From an uncultured Bacteroidota bacterium (GTDB lineage Bacteria; Bacteroidota; Bacteroidia; Flavobacteriales; Flavobacteriaceae), in contig CACPQA010000005.1 of NCBI GenBank assembly GCA_902635965.1, positions 50,292 through 114,291 on the forward strand: a stretch of DNA of 64,000 nucleotides, given 5' to 3'. Below the pieces are notes generated by a model. The model was not told the DNA's origin, did not search any database, and was given only the letters and a program-made list of their open reading frames with translations. This document shows, piece after piece, positions 1-8,888 of the stretch (positions are counted from its first letter, which is position 1; each line of letters begins with the position of its first letter). The position numbers and the translations under genes were made by a program.

Positions 1-524
1 GGTGGGGAATAGGGTAAATTCTGTAAAATAAGCTTTGAAACATTTTCTATATTGAAATTATTCAAAGCAGAAATTGGAAGAATTTTGATACCTGGTAATT
101 TCATTTCCCATAAATTAACTTCATTTTCAAGGACTTGCTGATTTATTAAGTCTATTTTATTTATTATCAAAAAACGCTTTTTTTTAATCCTCTTGATTTT
201 GTTTATGAAGTCATCATTCTCTATTATTTTGTCTCCAACCGTGGTCATTAATAATAAAATATCTGAATCAATTAGAGTGTCTTTTAAGAACTTCATCATT
301 GAATTTTGTAACTTATATTTTGGCTCAATAAGTCCTGGAGTGTCTGACAAAACAATTTGGTAATCTTCAGAATTAATAATAAATCTAATTCTGTGTCTTG
401 TAGTTTGTGATTTTGGGGTAACTATAGACACGTCTTCTCCAATCCACGAGTTCAAAAAAGTTGATTTACCAACATTTGGATTACCTATTATTGATACAAA
501 ACCTGCTTTATGTTTTTTTGACAT
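1..524 (-). CDS. era: GTPase Era, N-terminal part (gene runs off the window start)
   Basis: Not in the ORF track because it is truncated. Reverse-strand translation from the ATG at 522-524 reads MSKKHKAGFVSIIGNPNVGKSTFLNSWIGEDVSIV..., an Era-type G1 P-loop directly at the N-terminus. Confidence 0.85.
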   Translation of the reverse strand, partial: MSKKHKAGFVSIIGNPNVGKSTFLNSWIGEDVSIVTPKSQTTRHRIRFIINSEDYQIVLSDTPGLIEPKYKLQNSMMKFLKDTLIDSDILLLMTTVGDKIIENDDFINKIKRIKKKRFLIINKIDLINQQVLENEVNLWEMKLPGIKILPISALNNFNIENVSKLILQNLPYSP

Positions 525-594
525 ATAACAAAGTTAACTACTAATACTTTTATACTTGTTGTTTCTGTTTAATTTTAGTACTTTCGTTAACAAT

Positions 595-667
<73 letters not shown>

Positions 668-748
668 CAAAGTTGTTTTTTAGTATACTAAACTTATATG
701 TTGACTTTTATTAAATTCTGTAGTTTTTTGTTTATTAAAATTTAAAGT

Positions 749-1210
749 ATGAGGAACATTGTTTTATTATTACTATTAACTATTTCATTCAGTTGTTCAA
801 AGGATGATTCAGGATCAGAAGAAACTTTTTTACAAAGATTAGATACGGTTGGTTTTATTGAGAATAATACACAATATCCATCTTATTTCTTTTTTTATGA
901 TAGTAGTGTTTTTATTAAAAATCCAGTTTATGATGATTTTCTTGAAGAATATGATTGCCAAGAAATTAGCGAGGGAACAAATGATACTTTTTTGGGAGAA
1001 TCAACTGTAAAGATAATTGAGAATAACTCTTCAACCCTGAAAATTGAATCCACAATTATAGGCATAACTGCTATTGTTGAGTTTACTATAGACTCTCAAG
1101 GATATAATTTAACTCTTGTCCAAGAAACTTTAGGAGAAAAAGAAACCTATTACTATTCTAGGACTGATCGAGAGTATTCTAAAATTTGCGACGGGACAAT
1201 TTTCAATTGA
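749..1210 (+). CDS. Small hypothetical lipoprotein
   Basis: 153-aa ORF with a signal peptide plus lipobox-like LLLLLTISFSC-SKDD. I recognise no family. Confidence 0.5.
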   Translation: MRNIVLLLLLTISFSCSKDDSGSEETFLQRLDTVGFIENNTQYPSYFFFYDSSVFIKNPVYDDFLEEYDCQEISEGTNDTFLGESTVKIIENNSSTLKIESTIIGITAIVEFTIDSQGYNLTLVQETLGEKETYYYSRTDREYSKICDGTIFN

Positions 1211-1521
1211 TTAATTTAAATTCATAATAATACAATACATCAAAAACAAAAAATAGTGTCTTAAATACACGAAAAAAATCAACACATTTCTTAGTTAATT
1301 ATTCATCACAACTTAATCTTTTCACTATCATAAAATTTGACATATAATTTTACCCCAATTAGCATCTCATTTTTGTATTCTAAAACATCTCCCTTTAGTG
1401 TAAAATATAACGGTTCACTATTTACTATAGCCCTTCTTTTTTAAAAAAATAAAAAGTTTTTAGCAGGTACATATAACAAAATCAAAATTGTAACTTACAA
1501 TGTATATCTTAAAATAAAATT

Positions 1522-3531
1522 ATGAACCATATATTAACCTTTATTCTTTTTTTGTTTATAATCAATGCTAATGGTCAAAAAAAGACTAGGCTTTCATTAG
1601 ATCATTATAAAAACTATGAATGGACTTCAAATCCCAAACTTTCTCCAAACGGGGAACACATTATTTATTCTAAAACTTGGATTAATCTAGTTGATGATAA
1701 AAGAGAAACTGATTTGTGGATCATTAATAGCGATGGTTCATCCAACAGGTTTTTCTTAAATGGATCGAATGGAAAGTGGTCTCCTGACGGAAATAGAGTT
1801 GCATTTACTAAAAAAGGTAAACCTAACGGTACACAGATTTTTGTTAAATACTTGGGAATAGAAGGTGAACCAACTCAAATTACAAAATTGGAGAAGTCAC
1901 CCTCTAGTATGGAATGGTCACCAGACGGAAAATATATCGCTTTTATAATGCATGTATCTTCAAAACCTGCATTAGAACCAAAAGGGATTCCAGATAAACC
2001 AAATGGAGCTTCTTGGACCAAATCACCTAAGGTAATTGATCAGGTAGATTACAGTCAAGACAGGGTTGGTTTTCTTCAAAGAGGTTTTCGTCAACTGTTT
2101 ATTGTACCTTCTGAGGGCGGTACATCAAGGCAAATAACATTTGGGGAATTTGACGACGTTTCATCAGGAATTTCATGGTCTAGGGACAGTAAAAAAATTA
2201 TATTTAGCAGTTTTCAGAGGCCTGATGCAGAATACGCAAGAGGACATTCAAATCTTTACTCTGTAGATATAAACTCATTAGAATTAACAGAACTCACATC
2301 TCGCGACGGGACAGAGTATTCACCTCGTTTATCTCCAGATGGGTCCAAAATTGCGTTTGTTGGATCAACTTGGTCTAAAAATTTCTTTAATGATCGCAAA
2401 ATGTACGTTATGGACTCCGATGGCTCAAACTTAAAATGTTTGACATCCAATTTGGACCAAATACCAAGCGCTCCAATATGGGCTAGCAATAATTCTGGTG
2501 TTTATTTCAATGTTAGAGAATTTGGACAAAGCAATGTTTACTTTGCAGATCTTAGAGGTAAGGTAAATAAAATTACCAATGGAAATCATATGCTTACTAT
2601 GAACGATTTGGTAGGTAAAAATGCAGTAGCAACCTGGACTGATCCTTCAAATCCTATGGATATATTATACTTTAATATTCAAAATTCAGATAAGATGAGG
2701 CGTCTAACTAATGTAAATAAGGATATATTCTACAATGTAGAATTTGGAAAGGTGGAAGAGATAACCTACAAATCTGTGGATGAGAAAATGATACAAGGAT
2801 GGATTGTAAAACCACCTCACTTCGATTCAAGTAAAAAATACCCTCTAGTACTTCGAATTCACGGTGGACCTCATAGTATGTATCATGTAGGTTTCAATTA
2901 TAATTTTCAATTACATGCAGCACAAGACCAAGTGGTATTATACACGAACCCTAGAGGTTCTACTGGATACGGTTATGATTTTGCAAATGCAATTCAAAAT
3001 GCTTACCCAGGAAATGATTATGACGACATTATGGCGGGTGTTGACGAAGTCGTTTCAAGAGGGTATATTGATGATAACAAAATGTATGTGTATGGTGGAA
3101 GTGGTGGTGGTGTATTGACGAGCTGGATTGTCGGGAAAACAGACAGGTTTGCAGCTGCTTCGGTTAATTATCCAGTTACAAATTGGTTTTCTTTTGTAGG
3201 AACAACAGATGGTGCAGGGTGGTATTTTAATTTTGAGAAATATCCATGGGAAGATCCAAGTGAACACATCAAAAGATCTCCATTAATGTACGTTGAAAAT
3301 GTAAAAACACCAACCATGCTTATGTGTGGAGAAGATGATTTACGAACTCCAATTTCACAAACTGAAGAGTATTATCAAGCCCTAAAAATGAACAAGGTAC
3401 CAACTGTAATGATAAGATTTAACAAGGAATACCATGGAACAAGCAGGAAACCTTCAAATTTTTTAAGGACACATGGTTATATCAATGCTTGGTTTGATAA
3501 ACATTCGATGAGAAAAAATCCAAGCAAATAG
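1522..3531 (+). CDS. S9 family serine peptidase (prolyl oligopeptidase/acylaminoacyl-peptidase-like) with N-terminal TolB-like beta-propeller
   Basis: Signal peptide. Repeated WSPDG/LSPDG propeller motifs. C-terminal alpha/beta-hydrolase region with nucleophile elbow YGGSGGG, then GEDDLRTP (Asp) and KEYHG (His). Confidence 0.85.
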   Translation: MNHILTFILFLFIINANGQKKTRLSLDHYKNYEWTSNPKLSPNGEHIIYSKTWINLVDDKRETDLWIINSDGSSNRFFLNGSNGKWSPDGNRVAFTKKGKPNGTQIFVKYLGIEGEPTQITKLEKSPSSMEWSPDGKYIAFIMHVSSKPALEPKGIPDKPNGASWTKSPKVIDQVDYSQDRVGFLQRGFRQLFIVPSEGGTSRQITFGEFDDVSSGISWSRDSKKIIFSSFQRPDAEYARGHSNLYSVDINSLELTELTSRDGTEYSPRLSPDGSKIAFVGSTWSKNFFNDRKMYVMDSDGSNLKCLTSNLDQIPSAPIWASNNSGVYFNVREFGQSNVYFADLRGKVNKITNGNHMLTMNDLVGKNAVATWTDPSNPMDILYFNIQNSDKMRRLTNVNKDIFYNVEFGKVEEITYKSVDEKMIQGWIVKPPHFDSSKKYPLVLRIHGGPHSMYHVGFNYNFQLHAAQDQVVLYTNPRGSTGYGYDFANAIQNAYPGNDYDDIMAGVDEVVSRGYIDDNKMYVYGGSGGGVLTSWIVGKTDRFAAASVNYPVTNWFSFVGTTDGAGWYFNFEKYPWEDPSEHIKRSPLMYVENVKTPTMLMCGEDDLRTPISQTEEYYQALKMNKVPTVMIRFNKEYHGTSRKPSNFLRTHGYINAWFDKHSMRKNPSK

Positions 3532-4377
3532 TTATTCACCATCTTTTTCTTTCGCAAGAGTAGGCTTCTGATATTTTTGAAATGGTTGGGCCAATAGGTC
3601 CTTAATATTGTCATTTTTATTTTCGTCTGGAAAAACATCAACTCCATATTTTATTTTTTCTCTTTCATAATATATAAAAGTTCCAAAAATTCTGTCCCAA
3701 ATTGAAAAAATATTCCCATAATTCTTATCTGTATAAGGTAATCTGTAGTGATGGTGTATTTTGTGCATATCAGGGGATACAAAAATGTAACTAATAAATT
3801 TGTCTAGCTTTTTCGAAAGCATAATATTGGCATGAGTAAACTGGGTAGAAATTATTGATAAAGATTGATATAACATTACTACACCAATGGGGGCACCTGA
3901 AACAAAAACACCTAATAAAGTAAATGAAAATCTTATCATACTTTCCAAAGGATGATGTCGATTTGCGGTTGTTGTGTCGACCTTATGATCACTGTGGTGT
4001 ACAAGATGAATCATCCAAAGAGGCTTTACATTGTGTTCTACATAGTGAGCTAAGTAGGCACCAACCAAATCCAGTAATAATATTCCGAGTATGACTTTAA
4101 TCCATAAAGGAAAATCATATAAATGTGTAAGTCCAAATTTATTATTTGAAACCCAATCTGAAGACTTTAAAAGAAGGAAAGCTAAACTAAAATTTATGAC
4201 AATAGTTGTGATTGTGAAGAAAAAGTTAGGTATTGCATGTTTTAATTTATTGTAATTAAATCTAAATAATGGAATTGACCCTTCTAACATCCAAAAAAAA
4301 GTAATCCCCCCAACTAATATTAAAGCCCTGTGAAGAGGTGGGATAGAATCGAAATAATTTATAATTGTTTCTACCAT
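3532..4377 (-). CDS. Sterol desaturase / fatty-acid hydroxylase superfamily membrane protein
   Basis: Multi-pass membrane protein with three His boxes: HYVEH, HLVHHSDH and HKIHHH. Confidence 0.75.
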   Translation of the reverse strand: MVETIINYFDSIPPLHRALILVGGITFFWMLEGSIPLFRFNYNKLKHAIPNFFFTITTIVINFSLAFLLLKSSDWVSNNKFGLTHLYDFPLWIKVILGILLLDLVGAYLAHYVEHNVKPLWMIHLVHHSDHKVDTTTANRHHPLESMIRFSFTLLGVFVSGAPIGVVMLYQSLSIISTQFTHANIMLSKKLDKFISYIFVSPDMHKIHHHYRLPYTDKNYGNIFSIWDRIFGTFIYYEREKIKYGVDVFPDENKNDNIKDLLAQPFQKYQKPTLAKEKDGE

Positions 4378-4435
4378 ATTAAATTTAAAATTAAGCAGCT
4401 AATTTAAATTTTTCAAATTAAACACTATATAATAA

Positions 4436-6673
4436 TTATAAAACGTCAAATTGATAGGTATACTTTATTGAAAAAATTGTATCATCTATATCATCAAACA
4501 AATCCAAATCTCTTATGATATTGTAAACTATAAACAATCCTGTATTTGCGGTTTGTAACCATCCAAATCTAGCATTTATTGAATTTACGTTAGTTATGTT
4601 GTTTCTTTGAAACAGTGATTGAATAAAAATTTTTGGAGTAAATTGATAACTCAATCTAAGACCTGCAATAATTGAATTTAAATTTTCTTTGTCGTCAAAA
4701 ACAAGTCTAGTGTAGTTGTAATTTAAATCCGCGTTAAATCTATTTCCTAAACTTAAATTCATTGAATTTATAAATTGAGTTCTTTTACCCCCATAATATC
4801 CACCGATATATGTTTTATTATACCAAAAAAAATTTTTGTTTGGATTAGTTTGAGCGACAAATTGAAGCTCACTATGAGAGTAATCACCATTTCCAATTTC
4901 TATATTTGATATTTTAAAAGGAGAGTAAACCACCTCACGAGTAAAGTTTATACCAGTATGAATTTCAAATCCAGATGGCCAAACCCAGTGGTTGTCAACA
5001 TGTAGATAATCTGAAAATAGTTGATTATTTGATTTGTAAAAAGTTCTCCTATAAATGTGAGGTCTTATTTCAAATAAAGGTCCTTTTCTACCTGTACGAA
5101 TTGTTTTCCAAATTAAAAACTCTGGTTTATAATAGGCATTCCTTTGTAAAAAACCGACTTCAGGATTAAATCCTTCCCCCACCTGACTAAATGATGCATT
5201 TAATCTCCATCCGTCCCAATTATATTCTGCCTTTGCTGCGAATGCGTAATCATTTTCTTTTATGTTTGGTGATTTACTTTTGGATAGAAAGCCAGACAGT
5301 TGAGCTTTTTTTCCAAGGCCTAATTTCCCGTCTAAGGCAAAAACTTTATTATAATTATCATTTTCACCTAATCCAAATTTATTTACAAAAATTCCACCAA
5401 AAGATGATCGACTTTTTGAAAAGTCATGGTTTACCCTAACCACAGAAAAATTGTTTTTACTCATTGAGGAATCATTACTACCCTCTGTAGACATATTTAG
5501 TAACCCAATATTTGTTTGACCCACCTTCCCTGATAATCTACCTCCTCCTATAATTGGAACAATTGAACCATCGTTTTCTAAACCTATTCTTCTTGTGAAA
5601 AATAAATCTATCTCTCCTGGTATACCAACTGAAAACTGACCAGCATTTTCTAGAAAAAAAGCTCTTTTCTCAGGAAAAAATAGATTCACTCTATCTATAT
5701 TAATTTGTTGTTCGTCCACTTCAACTTGCGCAAAATCTGTGTTGTAGGTAAGATCCATCGTTAGTCCAGGTGTTAAACTATATTTAATGTCAGTACCAAC
5801 ATCGCCATTTTGAGAAATACTTGAAGTAGACAAGGTATTTTTTCTGACGGATTGCCCAATTATGTAAGGAATAAGTTTTAAGTTTTTTGGATTTTTGAGG
5901 TTTAGATTATTGAGTTTTCCTGCTATCGAAAGCCTTTTGATATCAAAAGTTAAAGGTAGAGGTGCCCAAAAGGCAATTTCAGTATTTTTAGAAATATTTC
6001 TCTGGAAATTGATTCCCCAAGTTTTATTTTTCCCAGGAGCGAATCTAATTGACCTTAGAGGGATAGCAAATTCAGCACTCCATCCATATGAACCCTTATC
6101 AACAGAAACATCCCAAGATGCATCCCAGTTTATATTTGTTCCTCCAATTACACCACCCTGTTGCCTATTTGAACTTCTGTTACCGACTCCTTCATTATTA
6201 ATTTGAGCATCAAACTCTTTACCATCTGAATTTGTTCCAAATAAAAAACCATTTTGCTGATCGTTAAAAGTATCAATAATAAATAAAAAACTGTCTTCAT
6301 CTATTAATGAGGCATCTCTTCTTGAATTACCAACTTGTATTTTATCAGGTGACGAATCATAGCAAATAACCGATACGTAAAAATAAAAGCTATTGTATGC
6401 CACTCTAATTTCTGTATTCTCACTTACTGGTGAACCAAAATTGGGCGTCATTTGGATCAATGATGTAATTGGTTTAATGTTTCGCCAAACTGGATCAGAA
6501 CTTATTTTCCCATCAATCGTAATGTTGGAATTAATAAATTTTGCAGATAATTGAGGCCTATTATTGATAAAATCTTGCTGAGCTTTTAAAGAAAATACGC
6601 ATATATTGTATAAAAAAATTAGTAAAATATAGCTTTTTCGAATCATTTTTTTTTTTAATGCTCTGATAAGCAT
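4436..6673 (-). CDS. Exported CBM9-like / DUF5916-type protein (possible outer-membrane barrel)
   Basis: Signal peptide; the start may be the internal MIRKSY at 6646. The N-terminal region (IDGKISSDPVW...YDSSPDKI...RRDASLIDEDSFLFIIDTFND...GWSAEFAIPLRSIRF) matches my memory of the CBM9-like domain fused to DUF5916. The C-terminal half has alternating beta-strand character. Confidence 0.55.
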   Translation of the reverse strand: MLIRALKKKMIRKSYILLIFLYNICVFSLKAQQDFINNRPQLSAKFINSNITIDGKISSDPVWRNIKPITSLIQMTPNFGSPVSENTEIRVAYNSFYFYVSVICYDSSPDKIQVGNSRRDASLIDEDSFLFIIDTFNDQQNGFLFGTNSDGKEFDAQINNEGVGNRSSNRQQGGVIGGTNINWDASWDVSVDKGSYGWSAEFAIPLRSIRFAPGKNKTWGINFQRNISKNTEIAFWAPLPLTFDIKRLSIAGKLNNLNLKNPKNLKLIPYIIGQSVRKNTLSTSSISQNGDVGTDIKYSLTPGLTMDLTYNTDFAQVEVDEQQINIDRVNLFFPEKRAFFLENAGQFSVGIPGEIDLFFTRRIGLENDGSIVPIIGGGRLSGKVGQTNIGLLNMSTEGSNDSSMSKNNFSVVRVNHDFSKSRSSFGGIFVNKFGLGENDNYNKVFALDGKLGLGKKAQLSGFLSKSKSPNIKENDYAFAAKAEYNWDGWRLNASFSQVGEGFNPEVGFLQRNAYYKPEFLIWKTIRTGRKGPLFEIRPHIYRRTFYKSNNQLFSDYLHVDNHWVWPSGFEIHTGINFTREVVYSPFKISNIEIGNGDYSHSELQFVAQTNPNKNFFWYNKTYIGGYYGGKRTQFINSMNLSLGNRFNADLNYNYTRLVFDDKENLNSIIAGLRLSYQFTPKIFIQSLFQRNNITNVNSINARFGWLQTANTGLFIVYNIIRDLDLFDDIDDTIFSIKYTYQFDVL

Positions 6674-6820
6674 TGTTTTATAGAAAATAAAAAATAGGAA
6701 TTGTTAATATATTGTTCATTAATTATTTATTTTTCCAGTATTTTTTACCAAGTTTAAATATAATTCCACTAATTTAATGCCACAATTCTTACTGAAATGA
6801 ATTGGTTTATGGTTAGAAAG

Positions 6821-6856
6821 AGTCCTCAGTTAACTGACTGAGGGCTTTTTTGTTTT
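6821..6856 (+). terminator. Rho-independent terminator-like hairpin in the 5' leader of the TonB-dependent receptor
   Basis: Stem agtcctcagt / actgagggct (about 10 bp including one G-U), 6-nt loop taactg, followed by tttttt g tttt. It ends 10 nt before the ATG at 6867. There is no upstream plus-strand gene for it to terminate. Confidence 0.5.
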
Positions 6857-6866
6857 CAATATCAAA

Positions 6867-8888
6867 ATGAAAAAAATAATTATTTTAACATTCCTTTCAA
6901 ATTTTTTGATTGCTCAAAAAGATTCTCTTCAAGTTGTAAAGTTAGATGAAATTGAAATCAAATCAATTAAATCAAGTTCTATTTTTGAATCGGTTCCATT
7001 ATCTATTACAAAGATAAAGGTGCCTAAACTTTGGTCTAAACAACAACTATCTTTACAAGAGTATATTAGTTCTGTTCCTGGTTTAGTGGCCTTCAATGCA
7101 AATAATTTTGCCCAAGATTTAAGGATATCAATTAGGGGCTTTGGAGCAAGATCAGCTTTCGGTATAAGGGGTATTAAAGTTGTTATTGATGGCATACCTG
7201 AGACTACACCTGACGGACAAGGTCAACTAGATAATCTTCCTCTTCAGTTAATTGAAAATATAGAAGTTGTTAGAGGATCTAGTTCTCTTAGATATGGCAA
7301 TGCTGCAGGAGGGGTTATATATCTAGAAACAATTAATAAAGTAGAAAATAATTTTCATGAGTTAGGATTAAGAGGTGCACAAAACAATTACAAACAAACC
7401 TATTACACTTCTGGTTTAAAATTTGAAAAGTCCGAATGGTTACTCCATTTAAATCATCAAGATGGAGATGGATATAGAGAAAACAGTAGATTCCAGACAA
7501 CTCAGTTTAATTTGAGGGGGAATTATTTTCTATCAAAGAAAATGAAATTAGGACTTCAATTTAATTCAACAAATAGTCCTTTAGGGCAGGACCCTGGTGG
7601 ACAAAATCTCGAAGATTTTCAAAACTCTCCCTCAAAAGCTAGAGATAGAAATGTTTTATTCAAATCAGGTGAAAGAATAAATCATATTAAAAGTGCAATG
7701 AGCATAAATTATGAAAGTGGGAATTTTTTATTTAAAAGTTATAATTTCATTTCAAATAGAACATTTAATTCAAAATTACCCTTCAATTTTGGCGGTATTG
7801 TAAGTTTAAATAGAAATTATTACGGCCATGGATCGTATTTCACAATAAAGAGTAAAGCAAATAAAACACAACTTACAACGCAAATTGGGTACGATATCGC
7901 AAGCCAATCAGACAAAAGAAAAAGATATAAGAATAATGAAGGCAACAAAGGGGATAAAACTATGGGGCAAATTGAAAGTTTTCAAAGCTTTGGAATATAT
8001 TTTATAGAAAACGTATCTTTTGGAAAATTAAAATTAAATGGAGGAATTCGATGGGATAATAACCTGCTAAAAGTTGTCGATAATTTCATTTCAAATGGAG
8101 ACGATTCAGGGAGTATAAAACTTTATGCTTGGAGCAATGAAATTGGCTTATCATATCAAATACTAGATAAATCATATTTGTTTGTTAATTTATCCGAAAG
8201 TTATGAAACCCCAACTTTAAGTGAATTATCAGCAAATCCGATCGGAGGAGGTTTTAATGATTTGTTGAGTGTTCAAAAAGCTAAAAATTTTGACTTTGGT
8301 TTAAAATTCAAATCTGAATCAACTCATTTTTCAATCGTTGGATTTATAGTTAACACAAAAAATGATTTAGTTCCTTACGAATTAGAGGAATTTCCTGGAA
8401 GGATATTTTACCAAAATGCAGGTAAAACTCTTAGGAAAGGTGTTGAAATTGACTTTAATTATCGCTTAAATAAAAATTTCTCAACAAATATTACATACAA
8501 CTATACTAATTTTAAGTATGATGAGTATTTATCGGGTGAATTAAATTTAAAAGGGAATTATTTACCAGGAATCCCAACTAGATTTGGTAACATCGAATTA
8601 GAATACAAAAATTCAAAAAACCTGAGCATTATTTATTCACGGAATTATAGAGGCGTTTTATATGCTAACAATGAAAATACTGAAAAAATTAGTTCCATTT
8701 GGAGAGATGATATTAGTTTATCTATTCCTTTAAAAGTTGGAAAATATAATTTTGATTTTTTTCTGGGATGCAGTAATATTTTTGACGAACTGTTCCCTGA
8801 TAATATCCGAATTAACGCTTTTGGAAAAAGATATTACGAAGCTGCGCCGGGAAGAATTTTTTACGGAGGAATTAAAATTTTAATTTAA
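6867..8888 (+). CDS. TonB-dependent receptor (about 670 aa, plug plus barrel)
   Basis: Signal peptide. Plug motifs DLRISIRGFGARSAFGIRGIKVVIDGIPETTPDGQGQLDNL and VEVVRGSSSLRYGNAAGGVIY. Long beta-barrel region. Confidence 0.8.
   Translation: MKKIIILTFLSNFLIAQKDSLQVVKLDEIEIKSIKSSSIFESVPLSITKIKVPKLWSKQQLSLQEYISSVPGLVAFNANNFAQDLRISIRGFGARSAFGIRGIKVVIDGIPETTPDGQGQLDNLPLQLIENIEVVRGSSSLRYGNAAGGVIYLETINKVENNFHELGLRGAQNNYKQTYYTSGLKFEKSEWLLHLNHQDGDGYRENSRFQTTQFNLRGNYFLSKKMKLGLQFNSTNSPLGQDPGGQNLEDFQNSPSKARDRNVLFKSGERINHIKSAMSINYESGNFLFKSYNFISNRTFNSKLPFNFGGIVSLNRNYYGHGSYFTIKSKANKTQLTTQIGYDIASQSDKRKRYKNNEGNKGDKTMGQIESFQSFGIYFIENVSFGKLKLNGGIRWDNNLLKVVDNFISNGDDSGSIKLYAWSNEIGLSYQILDKSYLFVNLSESYETPTLSELSANPIGGGFNDLLSVQKAKNFDFGLKFKSESTHFSIVGFIVNTKNDLVPYELEEFPGRIFYQNAGKTLRKGVEIDFNYRLNKNFSTNITYNYTNFKYDEYLSGELNLKGNYLPGIPTRFGNIELEYKNSKNLSIIYSRNYRGVLYANNENTEKISSIWRDDISLSIPLKVGKYNFDFFLGCSNIFDELFPDNIRINAFGKRYYEAAPGRIFYGGIKILI

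Noticed and set aside
668-1521. Integrated element or att site next to tRNA-fMet (an orphan lipoprotein gene plus a 310-nt AT-rich spacer follow the tRNA)
   Set aside because: There is no integrase or recombinase. I could see no direct repeat of the tRNA 3' end downstream, and the segment is under 1 kb. It is more likely an ordinary lineage-specific lipoprotein.
6674-6866. A known riboswitch (cobalamin or TPP) upstream of the 6867 TonB-dependent receptor
   Set aside because: The region is very AT-rich and about 190 nt in total, including two divergent promoters. I could not find a B12 box, the TPP CTGAGA/ACCTGA cores or any other conserved riboswitch core I know. Only the terminator and mini-ORF observation is kept.
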